Shown piece by piece: positions 19,097 to 27,925 of a stretch of 64,000 bases of DNA. The notes beneath the pieces were generated by a model. That model was not told where the DNA came from. It saw nothing but the letters and a program-made list of their open reading frames with translations, and made no database searches. This DNA is from Gammaproteobacteria bacterium (GTDB lineage: Bacteria; Pseudomonadota; Gammaproteobacteria; Ga0077536): NCBI GenBank assembly GCA_963662545.2, contig CAXXLL010000003.1, positions 2,186,644-2,250,643 on the forward strand, in the 5' to 3' direction. A program made the position numbers and the translations under genes. Position 1 is the stretch's first letter. Each line of letters opens with the position of its first letter.

Positions 19097-19666
19097 CTAC
19101 AGGTAGGACAGATTGACTTGTTCGGCCGGCACGGGGACTTCGTCCAGACCGAGTTCGCGGCGCACGATGTTCGTGCCGCGAACCAGTGAGACCATTTTGT
19201 AGAACGCGTGCTTGCGGCTGATCCCCTGGCGACCGAAGCCGCGGTCGCTGCTCAGGATCAAGTGGGCGGGGTCCATGAGCTTGAGCGCCCTGCGGATGTC
19301 ATCGGCGACCTCTTCCGGCGTCTCGACCTGAAGGCTGCGGTGTGAGATGAGGCCTATCGCTATCTTCTTGTCCTTGCCGATGACCGCCGCCACTTCGTTG
19401 AGCTCGAGATAGCCGGCGTACTTCATTTCGAACGTGATTACGTCGACGTCGAGTTGGTCGAGATATTGCAGCACGGGTTTGTATTTCGCCCGGTAGCCCA
19501 GGTTCTGTGCATACGGGTTGCCCCAGCAGGTGTGGCACCACACTTCGGTCTTGTCGCGCAGGCGTGCGTCATCGACCGCGCCGACGGGGCCGCCAAATAA
19601 ACTGTATGCAACGATAGCGACCGCGACGGTTGGCGGTAGGCGTATAACAACGGCCCCCATATTCAC
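19097..19666 (-). CDS. Half-size MetE-like paralogue (C-terminal half only), probably degenerate
   Basis: Contains HTCWGNP and VITFE, but the final motif reads SSDRGFG instead of DCG, so the Cys ligand is lost. The N-terminal half of the fold is absent. Its start overlaps the upstream stop by ATGA. Confidence 0.5.
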   Translation of the reverse strand: MNMGAVVIRLPPTVAVAIVAYSLFGGPVGAVDDARLRDKTEVWCHTCWGNPYAQNLGYRAKYKPVLQYLDQLDVDVITFEMKYAGYLELNEVAAVIGKDKKIAIGLISHRSLQVETPEEVADDIRRALKLMDPAHLILSSDRGFGRQGISRKHAFYKMVSLVRGTNIVRRELGLDEVPVPAEQVNLSYL

Positions 19667-20895
19667 GCGAGTTCGTTTTTGTAGAAGACTCCGTCTTTCA
19701 TAATCGCCGCAAGATTCTCTTCGGGTCGGGTCAAGACCGAAAGATCGGTCAGCGGATCGGCTTCGAGAACGAGGATATCGGCCCGCGCGCCCGCGGCGAT
19801 TTCACCGATGTCCCCGTCGGCCTGCAGGAGCTCTGCGTTGATCGCGGTGGCGGACTTCAGCACCTCGTGGTTCGATTGCATCTCACCACGCAGTAGCAAT
19901 TCCTCGGCCTGGCGTTCCTGCGCTTCGCTGCCGAGCAGATCGGTTCCAAACCCCATCGGAATGCCTTTTTGCGCGCACAATTCCACGGCGCTGTAACCGG
20001 CCTCCATCACGTACTTGAGCTTGTCTATTTGCGCTGCCGTCAGCCCGAATCGCTCGCGGTAGCGCTCCATCGTGTCGTAGGTGATCAAGGTCGGTACGAC
20101 GAAACAATCGTTTTGGGCCACGAGATCCGCGGTCGCGCTATCGAGCAGGTTGCAGTGCTCCAGCGACCGCACGCCACAGTTCACGGCGTGCGCGATAGCC
20201 TCCGGTGAATAGACGTGGGCCATCACGTATTTCCCCCAACGTGCAGCCTCCTCGGTGATCGCCGATAGTTCTTCGGGCGAGAACTGCACGCTGTCGATGG
20301 GATCGTTGACCGAGGTCACACCGCCCGACGCCATGACCTTGACTTGCGACGCGCCCCTGCGGATCTCGTCGCGTACGCCTTGCAATACTTCGGGTACGCC
20401 GTCCAGCGTTCGAAACGCGTATTCTAGCGCAGATCCGCAGCCGCACAGCGGCGCCTCCTCCACCCGAAAGCGTTGATCGCCGTGACCACCGGTCGGACTC
20501 AAGGCGTGGCCGGAGGGGTAGATGCGCGGCCCGACGATCACGCCAGTGTCGACGGCGTCCGCTAAACCGCGGTCGGCACCCGCCGCGTCGCGGATGGTCG
20601 TGAAACCGCGGGCCAGCATGTTTTCGAGACTCCTCACGGCTTCGGCGAACATGCGAGACGGCTGCATCGCACGCAAGGCTGTGAGGTTGTAATCCGGCAG
20701 GCAGACGTGAGCATGCGCGTCGATCAGACCGGGGATGACGGCGCGGCCGCCGAGGTCAAACCGTTCGGCATCGGAAAGTTGCGGTCGCACGTCGGTGACT
20801 TCCTTGATCCGTGCGCCTTCGACGACGATGTGATGGTCTTCCCGCAGCGTGGGACGCGCGGCATCGAACACGCGACAATTTTCGAGGACGATCAT
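19663..20895 (-). CDS. Metal-dependent amidohydrolase (amidohydrolase-1 family)
   Basis: MIVLENCRVFDA..., VIPGLIDAHAHV, and later HVY and GTD motifs. The start at 20895 has RBS gagg and avoids overlap with the amidase stop at 20903. Confidence 0.8.
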   Translation of the reverse strand: MIVLENCRVFDAARPTLREDHHIVVEGARIKEVTDVRPQLSDAERFDLGGRAVIPGLIDAHAHVCLPDYNLTALRAMQPSRMFAEAVRSLENMLARGFTTIRDAAGADRGLADAVDTGVIVGPRIYPSGHALSPTGGHGDQRFRVEEAPLCGCGSALEYAFRTLDGVPEVLQGVRDEIRRGASQVKVMASGGVTSVNDPIDSVQFSPEELSAITEEAARWGKYVMAHVYSPEAIAHAVNCGVRSLEHCNLLDSATADLVAQNDCFVVPTLITYDTMERYRERFGLTAAQIDKLKYVMEAGYSAVELCAQKGIPMGFGTDLLGSEAQERQAEELLLRGEMQSNHEVLKSATAINAELLQADGDIGEIAAGARADILVLEADPLTDLSVLTRPEENLAAIMKDGVFYKNELA

Positions 20896-20902
20896 TGCTG
20901 CC

Positions 20903-22330
20903 TCAAAGCGACGGCCGATAATCGCGCCAGGGTGCAGCGTTCTCGTACGCACTGGCCATGCGAAAAACGGTCATGTCGTCATACGTCCGCCCGACGATCT
21001 GGATGCCGGTCGGAACACCCGTCTCCTTACAAACGCCGGCCGGGACGGCCATCACCGGACAGGTACTCACCATGTTGAATGGCCAGGTCAAAAGCCAGTT
21101 CAAATACGCCGGGACTTTTTTTCCGTTGATTGCGAAATCGGGATCGGCATTGTCGTGATCCGCCTTCACCGCGGGGATCGCTAACGTCGGACAGATCAAC
21201 ACGTCGTAGGATTTCAGGATCGGCGCCAGCTTCTGAAACATCTCCCCGCGTACCAGGTTGACCTTGTAATGATCGGTCGCCGTGCGCGTCAGACCGCGTT
21301 CGATCATGCCGACGAAGAAAGGATCCATATCGTAGTGCCAGCGCCTTAAGACATCGCCACCGAGAAAGGCGGCTGCCATTGCTTCCCAGTGTTGAAGGTA
21401 AGGATCGAGGATCCCTGCATGCCAGCCGAGATCGACATCTTCGACCGTACAACCGAGCCCCCGAAAGACCTCCAGCGCCGCACGCGTGTTGGCCTGGATC
21501 GTCGGATCGATTTCGAAAAAGCCCAGGTCCATTGAAAAGGCGATCTTCATGCCGTCGATGGGTTCATGGGTCTCCGGCAGACGAACGCGCGTTTTCAAGG
21601 ACATCATGTCGGCGGGATGCGGGCCCGACATGACGTTCTGCATCAATGCTGCATCGGCGACGCTATGTGTCATGGGGCCGTAGTGCAGCAGGGTTTCCAA
21701 GGGATGATCCAGATCCAAGGGGTTGCGCCCGAAAGGCGGTTTGTACCCGACGATATTGCAGGGTGCAGCGGGGATTCGCACCGAACCACCCGCGTCGGTG
21801 CCGTCGGCGATCGTGGTCATGCCGGCGGCGAGTGCGGCGCTCGCGCCGCCCGAGGAACCGCCCGAAGTATAATCGAGGTTATAGGGGTTGCGCGTAATGC
21901 CCCAAAGGGGACTGCGCGTTGCGCCCGAATGTGCGAATTCGGGAGTGGTGCTACGGCAATGCATGATCGCGCCCGCACGCAGTAAACGTTCGATCGTCGG
22001 CGCAGTCGCATCCGGGCGAAAATCTGCATTCATCTTGGAGCCGGACGTCGTGATCTCGCCCTTGACCGGGTGAAAATCCTTGATCGCGCAGGGAATACCG
22101 TCGAGCCGGCGCGGCCGGCCGTTGGGATCCATGTAACGCTCTTCGGCTTTTTTCGCTTGTTCGAGCGCGCGCTCGTAATGCGTGTAGGTGAAGGCGTTGA
22201 TTTTCGCATTGACGGCCTCGATACGATCGAACATGGCCTGCATCAACTCGATCGGAGACAATGCCTTCGCTTTAAACGCTGCGATCGCTTCCGTCGCGGA
22301 CATGTAGCAAAGATCGGTATTCTCGGTCAT
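20903..22330 (-). CDS. Amidase (amidase-signature family)
   Basis: GGSSGGASAALAAGM signature, conserved Lys region CAIKD, 475 aa. Confidence 0.88.
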   Translation of the reverse strand: MTENTDLCYMSATEAIAAFKAKALSPIELMQAMFDRIEAVNAKINAFTYTHYERALEQAKKAEERYMDPNGRPRRLDGIPCAIKDFHPVKGEITTSGSKMNADFRPDATAPTIERLLRAGAIMHCRSTTPEFAHSGATRSPLWGITRNPYNLDYTSGGSSGGASAALAAGMTTIADGTDAGGSVRIPAAPCNIVGYKPPFGRNPLDLDHPLETLLHYGPMTHSVADAALMQNVMSGPHPADMMSLKTRVRLPETHEPIDGMKIAFSMDLGFFEIDPTIQANTRAALEVFRGLGCTVEDVDLGWHAGILDPYLQHWEAMAAAFLGGDVLRRWHYDMDPFFVGMIERGLTRTATDHYKVNLVRGEMFQKLAPILKSYDVLICPTLAIPAVKADHDNADPDFAINGKKVPAYLNWLLTWPFNMVSTCPVMAVPAGVCKETGVPTGIQIVGRTYDDMTVFRMASAYENAAPWRDYRPSL

Positions 22331-22439
22331 CGCGGGCTCCTCCTTCGTATTGTCATCCCGTATTCTTTCAAGTATTCGCCGTCAGATCATTAAATTCCCC
22401 CTGATCAGGTACTATCGCGATCAGGCCCGGATGATAAAA

Positions 22440-22770
22440 ATACTCGAAGCATCGTGATCAGCCCGGAAGCCATCGAACTCAACCCATCATTCCGCAACGA
22501 CATCAAAGAATCGGGACTGTTCACCGTCTCAGTCGATGACGTGCGCACCAACTGAGATGAGTTCGGTATATCGGTGCCGGAATATTCGCCCCATGTTGCT
22601 ATCGAAGCGGTGGACTACAGTGGCGTCGCCGGCGAATGGATTTTAGCGACCTTGCTGGCGGCACGCGACAACGATGTGCCCCTGCCCGCAGCCGCGGTGG
22701 CGATCTCGCCGTGGGTCGACCTCCCGAACGTCGGCGACTCGCATGAATTCAATGCCGAATCTGGCCGATA
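22440..22770 (+). pseudogene. Alpha/beta-hydrolase (esterase/lipase fold-3) remnant with stop and internal deletion
   Basis: Fragments SPEAIELNPSFRNDIKE...DDVRTN-stop and VDYSGVAGEW-ILATLLAARDNDVPLPAAAVAISPWVDL. The nucleophile-elbow region is missing. Confidence 0.45.
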
Positions 22771-22942
22771 TTCGCCTCCCAGTTACCGGAGAGACGCAGC
22801 GCCATCACGAGAATATCGGCGTTCTTCGGCGCGCACCTTGCTTAGGCCGCGCTGCTGTGCCCGGCGTGAACTCCGAAAAGGGAATAGGGGACGCAGGGGA
22901 TAAATCCCTCCGTCCCTTTTTTTGTGGGGATCAAAAGTTCCG

Positions 22943-23389
22943 CTAGGCGGCGGCCTTCGACTTCTCCACGGTGAAATTTTGCGCCTTGCCCGCGAGCATC
23001 TCGAGCGCGGTTTCGTGGTTCAAGATCTGTTTCACCGAGCCGTCTTCGTTGAAGTAGATACTTGGACCATAAGCGTTGAAGGTCAGTATCGTTTCTTCTG
23101 AGCAGGTAGTAGTCTCGTGTACCGCGCCTGTGGGCTCATACGCGTAACACCCGGCCGCGGCTTCGCCCATGCGGTACTCGAGTTTACCCTTCAGTACGAA
23201 GAAGTCGGCGGGAGCCAGGTGCTTGTGCGACGCAAAGACGCAGCCGGGCTCCATGCGGATGAGTGCGCTCCAAAAACCCGTCTCTTCGCTGACACGCAGT
23301 ACCTTGATCCCGACGCCGTCACCCATTTTCACCCAGGGTATATCGTCGGTTTGGACCAGGATTTCACTGTCTTGGGCGGTGGTCGTCAT
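22943..23389 (-). CDS. Cupin protein (ChrR / 2,4'-dihydroxyacetophenone dioxygenase-like)
   Basis: MTTTAQDSEILVQTDDIPWVKMGDGVGIKVLRVSEETGFWSALIRMEPGCVFASHKHLAPADFFVLKGKLEY. Confidence 0.7.
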   Translation of the reverse strand: MTTTAQDSEILVQTDDIPWVKMGDGVGIKVLRVSEETGFWSALIRMEPGCVFASHKHLAPADFFVLKGKLEYRMGEAAAGCYAYEPTGAVHETTTCSEETILTFNAYGPSIYFNEDGSVKQILNHETALEMLAGKAQNFTVEKSKAAA

Positions 23390-23646
23390 CGCGTGTTCTC
23401 CAACGATGCGTGGAGGGTAATGGTACTGCCGATCCGCCTGAGGCACCAGAGGTCATGTGCCCACAAGCGGGCTGCTGCATGCGATGCGTGGTATTCGGTA
23501 TCGGAGCCCGCTTGCTGGACATAAACCGTTCTTCTCATTCGCTCGCGTCAGATAACGCAGCATCGACGCTGTGCTTTACCTGTAGAATGAGGTGCAAGGG
23601 ATGGCCCTGCGCCGCCGTTCGGACGGTGCCGTACGACAGGAGTGGA

Positions 23647-24576
23647 ATGCCCATGACCGCCACGGACTATCCAAGAGATCTGATCGGTTACGGCCCCAAT
23701 CCACCGAACCCAAACTGGCCGAACGACGCGCGGCTCGCGCTCGAGTTCGTGCTCGCGTACGAAACCGGGGCAGAGACCAACATCCTCCACGGTGACTCGA
23801 GTTCCGAAAACGTACTCACGGATATTGCGGGCTTCCCCGCGATCCCGGGTGCCCGAAGTGTGCTCGTCGAATCGACTTTTGAATACGGGCCCCGGGTCGG
23901 GTTCTGGCGCATCATGAGAATGTTCGAAGAGCGTGGGATCAAAGCGAGCATATTCGCCGTAGCGATGGCGCTGGCCCGCAATCCCGTGGCGGCCAAGGCG
24001 ATCCTTGACGCGGGCCATGAAGTCGTCTGCCACGGCTACCGTTGGATCGATTATCAACACGTCGACGAGAGTGTGGAACGCGAACACATCCGTCTCGGCG
24101 TCGAGACCCTGACTGAGCTCATCGGCGAGCGCCCACTCGGTTGGATGACCGGCCGCCCCAGCCCGAACACGCGGCGCCTCCTGGTCGAAGAGGGCGGGTT
24201 TCTCTATGACCAGGATTCGCTGAACGATGAGTTGCCCTATTGGGTGACGATCAACGGCAAGCCACATCTGTGTCTGCCGTATTCCTACGAGTCGAACGAC
24301 AATGCGTTTTCGGGCAGGCAAGGGATGTCAACGGGTGAAGAGTTCTATGTTTATCTCAAAGATGCGTTCGATTTTTTCAGGAAGGAAGGCCAGCATTCGC
24401 CCCGGATGATGACCGTAGGGATCCACGATCGCCTAACCGGACGCCCCGGTCGTGCGGCGGGCCTGGGGCGATTCCTGGATCATGTCATGGCGACTAAGGA
24501 CGTGTGGATCTGCCGCGGTATCGACATCGCCCGGCATTGGATCGAACACCATCCGTATCCCGGAACGCGCTCGTAA
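23647..24576 (+). CDS. Polysaccharide-deacetylase-fold hydrolase, PuuE-type allantoinase-like
   Basis: MPMTATDYPRDLIGYGPNPPNPNWPNDARLALEFVLAYETGAETNILHGD closely follows the PuuE N-terminal pattern. The upstream extension to 23410 was rejected. Confidence 0.75.
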   Translation: MPMTATDYPRDLIGYGPNPPNPNWPNDARLALEFVLAYETGAETNILHGDSSSENVLTDIAGFPAIPGARSVLVESTFEYGPRVGFWRIMRMFEERGIKASIFAVAMALARNPVAAKAILDAGHEVVCHGYRWIDYQHVDESVEREHIRLGVETLTELIGERPLGWMTGRPSPNTRRLLVEEGGFLYDQDSLNDELPYWVTINGKPHLCLPYSYESNDNAFSGRQGMSTGEEFYVYLKDAFDFFRKEGQHSPRMMTVGIHDRLTGRPGRAAGLGRFLDHVMATKDVWICRGIDIARHWIEHHPYPGTRS

Positions 24577-24588
24577 CTGGGAGGCTGT

Positions 24589-25241
24589 GTGATGGATCCG
24601 GCGTTCATGGGACTCATCGAGCTTGGCAAGAAGATCGCGAAGCGAAAACTGTCGCCGGGAAAGGTCACGCGATCGATGCTGGATCGGACGGCACGTCGCG
24701 ACCCGAAGTTGAAGTGTTATGTGACCGTCGCCCTGCCCGCGGCGCTCGATCCGTACGGTTCGCTGCTCGGCTTTCAAATCATCGGTAATAATCTCGCGGT
24801 GGCGATGGCCGCCGAAGCAGGGCAGCTTCAGTAAACGCCTTCGAGCCACTCATCGGCTACCATCTTTTGAGTTCCCTCAGAATGATGACCAATGCGATCA
24901 AGCTGCGGACGGATCGTTGCATCGCGGGTAATACGGTCAACCGCGAGCATTTCGAACAAACGGTGCGGGAAAGCGTTGAGGTCGTCACGGCGCTCAGCCC
25001 CCACATCGGATATGAGAATGCAGTCCGTATCGCCCAGAAGGCGCTCGACGAAAACCCAAGCGTCATGGACTTGATCGAACAGGAGAACCTGTTGGGCGCT
25101 GAGCGCATTCAGGCCATCATGCACGCATCCAATCTCACCGGTCCAAGTTCGCTCTTGGGCGACATCACGATCGAAGAAATCGATCGAAGTCATACCCACG
25201 TCATCGACGACGGGGATGAACAGGAGCGCGGTCGACATTGA
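24589..25241 (+). pseudogene. Composite remnant: amidase N-terminal fragment joined to aspartase/fumarase C-terminal fragment
   Basis: KKIAKRKLSPGKVTRSMLDRTARRDPKLKCYVTV is amidase-like. NNLAVAMAAEAGQLQ and NREHFEQTVRESVEVVTALSPHIGYENAVRIAQKAL belong to class II fumarase/aspartase. Stops and frame changes separate the pieces. Confidence 0.6.
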
Positions 25242-25294
25242 GCACGTGAAATCGGGGACAGTCTGAAAGACGGTCCTCGTTATTCGGACCTGGC

Positions 25295-26194
25295 TCAGTC
25301 GAGTCCGAGTAGACGCTTGGCGTTGCCCCCCATGATCGCGACGATATCGTCCTCGGTCAGGCTCGGAATGAGCTCGTGGCGTTCCTGATAGGCGGCGACT
25401 TTGCGCAACTGCACCAGGCCGTCGTTACGGCCGTCGGTCAGCGGGTAGTCGGATCCGAACATGATGCGGTCGACCAGGTGGAAATGCTTGGCCCAGGCAA
25501 AGGAGCGCGCGACCCAATCGATAGGATAGAGCAGGAACCACGCGAGGTCGGCGTGCAGGTTGCGGTACTTGAACATCAGCGTCATCGCTTCTTCGACCCA
25601 TTGGAAGCCGAAGTGGGCGGCGATCACAGTGAGTTCCGGAAACTTCGCGCACACCGCGTCTAAATCCGCCGGATGGTGATATTTGAGATAGGCGCCGTGG
25701 TTGAAGGTGAAACCGGTATGCACCACTGCCGGGATGCCGAGTTCGGCGCATTTTTCGTAGAGCGGGAAGATGCGTTCGTCATCCGGGTAGAGCCAGTTGT
25801 AGGAGGGGAACACCTTCATGCCCTTAAAGCCGAAATGTTTCACTGCGCGATCGAGATCAGCGACCGCGTCGGCGCCGCCCAGTGGATCGCCGCAATGGAA
25901 CGGAATGATGCGGTCGGGATGGCGCTTAACCACGTCGGCAACCTCTTCGACGGTCGAGTTGCAGTCATAAGGGTGCATGACGATGCCCCAGGTGACGACT
26001 TTCTCGATGCCCTGTTCCTCCATGTCCTCGCAGTAACGGTCGGCCCAGAACTTGCGGAAATCCTCGGCGCTCCAACTGGCCTTGCCGTCTTTGAACCAGG
26101 CCGGCATGCAACCGAAGTGGGTGTCCTCAATCCATTCGCGCACAAACTTCTCGCTGAAGCCGCCCGCGATGTGTGTATGCATATCGATGATCAT
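25295..26194 (-). CDS. Amidohydrolase-2 family protein
   Basis: MIIDMHTHI..., VVHTGF and FGSDYPL are motifs of PF04909-type metal hydrolases or decarboxylases. Confidence 0.8.
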   Translation of the reverse strand: MIIDMHTHIAGGFSEKFVREWIEDTHFGCMPAWFKDGKASWSAEDFRKFWADRYCEDMEEQGIEKVVTWGIVMHPYDCNSTVEEVADVVKRHPDRIIPFHCGDPLGGADAVADLDRAVKHFGFKGMKVFPSYNWLYPDDERIFPLYEKCAELGIPAVVHTGFTFNHGAYLKYHHPADLDAVCAKFPELTVIAAHFGFQWVEEAMTLMFKYRNLHADLAWFLLYPIDWVARSFAWAKHFHLVDRIMFGSDYPLTDGRNDGLVQLRKVAAYQERHELIPSLTEDDIVAIMGGNAKRLLGLD

Positions 26195-26246
26195 CTCGAC
26201 CCCTCCCTATAAATTGGTTCTTCGACGGCAGTTTTGTGTCGAACTG

Positions 26247-26549
26247 CTAGCAATGGCCGTGGTGCTTGAGCTGATGCACGTACCGTTCCGGCAACGGCGG
26301 TGGCGGACCCAGTGCCACGGGGGGCCGTGGCGCGTCCGGTGGCAGTTCCACACGGCGTCCAGGCCGATTGCGATTGAGCGGCTTAGGCGTACTCGTCTTG
26401 TTCGTCGTTTTGGCCGCAAAGGCCGACATGACCCGCACGGCGTTACCGTCGCATGAAGGACAGTGGCAATCGCGGTCGGCAGTAATCGCGCGGACCAGCA
26501 CCTCGAACGCGCTGCCACACTCGGCGCAGTGGAATTCATAAATGGGCAT
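26247..26549 (-). CDS. FmdB-family zinc-ribbon putative regulatory protein
   Basis: MPIYEFHCAECGSAFEVLV......CPSCDG is the CxxC_CxxC_SSSS pattern. A Pro-rich tail follows. Confidence 0.75.
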   Translation of the reverse strand: MPIYEFHCAECGSAFEVLVRAITADRDCHCPSCDGNAVRVMSAFAAKTTNKTSTPKPLNRNRPGRRVELPPDAPRPPVALGPPPPLPERYVHQLKHHGHC

Positions 26550-27010
26550 GGTCGATTCCTCCTGCTTCAGCACCACTGATGCCGGAATAAACGCGTTTAA
26601 ATCATCCCAAGTATAAGGCGGATAACCGCCCTATTTCGAGCTTTCGGAGTTGACGCGTTTTGGTCGCGGGTCTGGATTTCGTGGTTTCGTGGCGGTCGTG
26701 GACGGGGTTGCGCGGGGCCGGTGTGTCGATGGCCTGGGTCAAGTGCGTCTAGCGGGGTGTGGTCACGAGCGGGCCCGTGACCGTCGCCGATGAGGGCTGT
26801 GATCTTGCTTGAGATCGGGGATGGCATCGAGCCTCAGTCGTTGAGGCCCGGCAGCGCTGCTTGTGGGGGTGCTCGGGCGGAAGGAATGCCGGACCACGTC
26901 GGCTGTGCAGCGCGCTGGTCAAGATGCTCGAGGATGCGTTGGATGACGGCGGGGTCTTCGATGCAGGCGATGATCTTAACGTTGCCGCCGCAGGCATCAC
27001 AGGTTTCATC

Positions 27011-27157
27011 GGGCACCTCCCTGTGCCCGCCCGCTTCGCGGCAATCTGCGACTGTGCACCAGTTTGCCGGGAGCAAACTGGAACAGCTTTAGCTGGCCTG
27101 CGCAGCAGGTAGGCTACATGGATGTAGCCTATAAATCGGTTTTCCTGCCGATTTGTC
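27011..27157 (-). repeat. Stacked-hairpin micro-element, copy F' (orthologous to 16105-16176) carrying a nested copy
   Basis: Same flanking hairpins as copy F (gggcac-ctccct-gtgccc ... aaatcgg-ttttcc-tgccgattt) but 75 bp longer. Confidence 0.7.
27059..27133 (+). repeat. Stacked-hairpin micro-element, nested copy N
   Basis: cagtttgc-cggga-gcaaactg GAA cagc-ttta-gctg cctgc-gca-gcagg taggctac-atggat-gtagccta. It is absent from the otherwise collinear site in remnant 1. Confidence 0.7.
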
Positions 27158-27415
27158 GATGTCGATGTGGCCTACAGGGATGTAGGTCGGGGGCGTGAGC
27201 AGGACGCGGGAGCTTTGAATACGTGCTTCAAGCGCCTGGCTTAAGGCTCGCCGCTCTTGCGCATCCCTGCGCCCGCGGCATTAGTGCATCCCTGCACGTC
27301 ATGGCGGCGCGGCACTGGCCAGGGGTTTTCTCGGTGTCGGGGCCGGGTGTTTTGCGGCCGCGGCGGGCGGGGGTGACCGCCGCGCGGTGTGGACTGTTCG
27401 GTGCGAACACGCCGT

Positions 27416-27488
27416 GACAAATTTATCCGGAATAAATTTGGACGACCGAAGGTCGCCCGAAGGGTGAGGAACAGGGATGTTCCTCATC
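27416..27488 (+). repeat. Stacked-hairpin micro-element, copy C (same site and sequence as copy A)
   Basis: Identical architecture and near-identical sequence to 16382-16453, at the same position in the IS91 frame. Confidence 0.75.
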
Positions 27489-27546
27489 AAAGCGGATGAG
27501 ATTGACACGGGGTTTGGGAATGAGTGCGGCGAGGAGGGCCATGACT

Positions 27547-27617
27547 AATCGGCAGGACTGCCGATTTGCACGACCGAAGGTCGCCCTGTCCGGGGTGGGG
27601 TACACGGACGTACCCCA
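27547..27617 (+). repeat. Stacked-hairpin micro-element, copy D
   Basis: aatcggca-ggac-tgccgatt TGCA cgacc-gaa-ggtcg ccc..ggg ggggtac-acggac-gtacccc. It is inserted after the PLDF codons of IS91, 3 nt from the site of copy B and in opposite orientation. Confidence 0.7.
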
Positions 27618-27925
27618 TGAAATCGAGCGGTTCGAAGAACACGTGGGTGGTGCCGTCCAGGTCAAGGGGTTTTGAGCGCGTATCGCACCAAGCCCTGTGA
27701 GATGAGTGACAGGCGCTGCTCGGAGAGCGCGGGTCGGGTGATGGTGCGGCATAGTCGTTCGAGTTTCTTTCGTTCCCAGGGCTCGGTGCCGACGCCGGCG
27801 GCTACAAATCCCCTGAATAGCTGTTCGCCGGCAAGCCGGCTCCTACGGTGCGATAGGCATGCAACTGCGGCACCGTAAGAGCCGGCTCGCCGGCGAACCA
27901 CGCCGCCTCAGCGCACCGCACCTAG

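Larger units (their letters stand above)
26834..27925 (-). pseudogene. IS91-family transposase remnant 2 (paralogous to remnant 1), truncated by IS1380
   Basis: PWERKKLERLCRTITRPALSEQRLSLISQGLVRYALKTP, FFEPLDF, ALLAALIPKPRVNLIRF and ETCDACGGNVKIIACIEDPAVIQRILEHL. The frame is broken by the same and additional micro-insertions. Confidence 0.75.
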
